Notes under the pieces: model-generated
What the model saw: the letters and a program-made list of their open reading frames with translations, nothing else
Databases searched by the model: none
What the model was told of the DNA's origin: nothing
Position numbers and translations under genes: made by a program
DNA from: Hormiphora californensis
Lineage: Eukaryota > Animalia > Ctenophora
Length of the DNA: 64,000 nt
Assembly: GCA_020137815.1 (NCBI GenBank)
Contig: CM035355.1
Coordinates: 3,472,001 to 3,536,000, forward strand
Reading direction: 5' to 3'
Part shown: positions 62,424-64,000 of the stretch, one piece after another
Layout of the letters: each line of letters opens with the position of its first letter
How positions within the stretch are numbered: the stretch's first letter is position 1

Positions 62424-64000
62424 ATGGGGGAGCCACGGCCTCCGATGACCATTTTTAGTGGGCAAAGCCATCGGTCCTTTGCTGAGGATGTCTGCAAGTG
62501 AGTACACATCTTTGAACATTTTCAAATATGGCCCATTTTCACAACTTTCATCTTTGTTTAATCTCTTTTTTATACCTTGTTGTTCAATTTTCAGTCACGT
62601 CGGCATTCGATTGGGCCTGGCGACAGTTAGTAACAATAGTTCAACAGAAACAGATGTCACTTTGAATGAAAGTATTCGAGGTAGGTATCTAAGTAGGCAT
62701 ACGCTCCAGACCTGTCTAGCGACGCCGAGCCGATCAAAACGAACGGCTTCATATTTTTCACATGCCAGCTGCCAGCTGTCTACTCTATACAGTGTTTGTC
62801 TCTGGCCTTTGTTTTGTGGATAATTCCCATCAACTCTGCATATTTTGTAACATTCTCTAATTTAGGCAAGGAAGTGTTTGTGATACAGAGTGGCTCAAAA
62901 CGGGTGAATAATGATGTTTTTGAGATGCTCAACCTCGTATACGCCTGTAAAACATCCTGTGCTCGGCGTGTTATAGGTATGAGGTCGACCAGTGTTAGGT
63001 TGTCGATGTTTATCGAATCTTGGAGTGACAGCAAACTACCAAGATCTTTCATTGCATTCTACTATTGTTCTGACCGATACAGTTTGTAACAAGGGTATCG
63101 TTTTCAGCGGTGGTTCCCTATCTTCCCTACTCGCAGCAATGCCGCATGAGGCGGAGAGCTTGCATTACTTCTAAACTTATCGCAAAGATGATGTGCAACG
63201 CAGGTAGGATTCCTAAATTTGTACCTATTCCAATTGATACACTCTGTAGTACCTTGTACCCTCTTTAACATGCAACTTGGTCTGTCTGCAGTTCTTTCCA
63301 GCATCTTGAAATATCTTGATTGATTGTGTTCTGCAGGTATCAATCATCTGATAACAATGGACCTACATCAAAGGGAGATACACGGGTTCTTCGATTGTTC
63401 AGTGGACAACTTGCGATCATCGCCCTTCCTTTTACAGGTTTATTCCTTGTTCGATCTTGAACTTTCTCTTTAGCGAGAAAACTTCATTTTACCAAGTTTT
63501 ATGCTTCAGGCTTTTAAAGTTCATTTCATTTCAGCAAAGGAATCACATAATAAAAGCACACGATACTTCATTCTATTATGCACATATTATTGGTAACTCT
63601 AGACCTCTCTCCCCGCAGCACATTCTGGACACAATACCTGACTATAAAGAAAGTGTGATCATTGCCCGCCACCCAAGTGCCACCCGAAGAGCCACCAGCT
63701 ACGCGGAGCGTCTCCAGGTCAACTTTGCAGTCATGCACGGTGAACTAAAGGCCGAGGAAGAGGTACGATCTTAATTCCGGGAACAAAATAGACCTTCAGA
63801 CTAGTTTATAAACATGGTTAGCGTATGTTAATTATTGCCATTCAAAAGAACTCTCATTTCAGCAAGAAATAGACGGGAGAACATCGCCACCCCTTCCCTC
63901 CGTGTTTCCCCAGCAAACCCCGTTCGCGTGCAGCTTCCCAATGCCAATACCGAGTATCCAACAGAAAATCAAACCTTCACCAACTCTAGTGGGGACAGTT
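62424..64000 (+). CDS. PRPSAP: PRPP synthase-associated protein, 5' part (7 exons, runs off the window)
   Basis: [38 protein letters not shown] (PRPSAP-type, not PRPS YARQDKK), [20 protein letters not shown]...DGRTSPP. Confidence 0.9.

Overview
Eukaryotic (animal) genomic DNA: compact, intron-containing genes interleaved with many transposons. Taxon is inferred only. An unpaired 3' splice acceptor sits just before almost every start codon, genes lie in tightly packed same-strand runs, and one gene is nested in an intron; together these fit a spliced-leader trans-splicing invertebrate such as a ctenophore. Host genes, left to right: the 3' end of an unknown gene; MFSD11/UNC-93-like transporter (+); a minus-strand run of a hypothetical gene, a small zinc-finger gene, a RAI1/TCF20-like ePHD gene, intronless UNG, a stand-alone LINE-ORF1-like ORF and a 28-kb IFT140; an antisense GPI-anchored Ly6/uPAR gene nested in an IFT140 intron; GGH (+, frameshifted as assembled); and the 5' part of PRPSAP (+). 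Mobile DNA: a near-intact Ty3/Gypsy LTR element (with a -1 frameshift signal and a 3' hairpin array) inside a Helitron-like element; Tc1/mariner, Academ-like and foldback palindromes; and a 12.8-kb non-coding element with poly-G/poly-C ends and an 8-bp TSD. That large element carries hierarchical satellites, an RNase H-only retro-insertion, and a Transib-like element with RSS-heptamer ends differing by 10 bp. All gene models were built by hand from splice signals and reading phase; no database searches were run.
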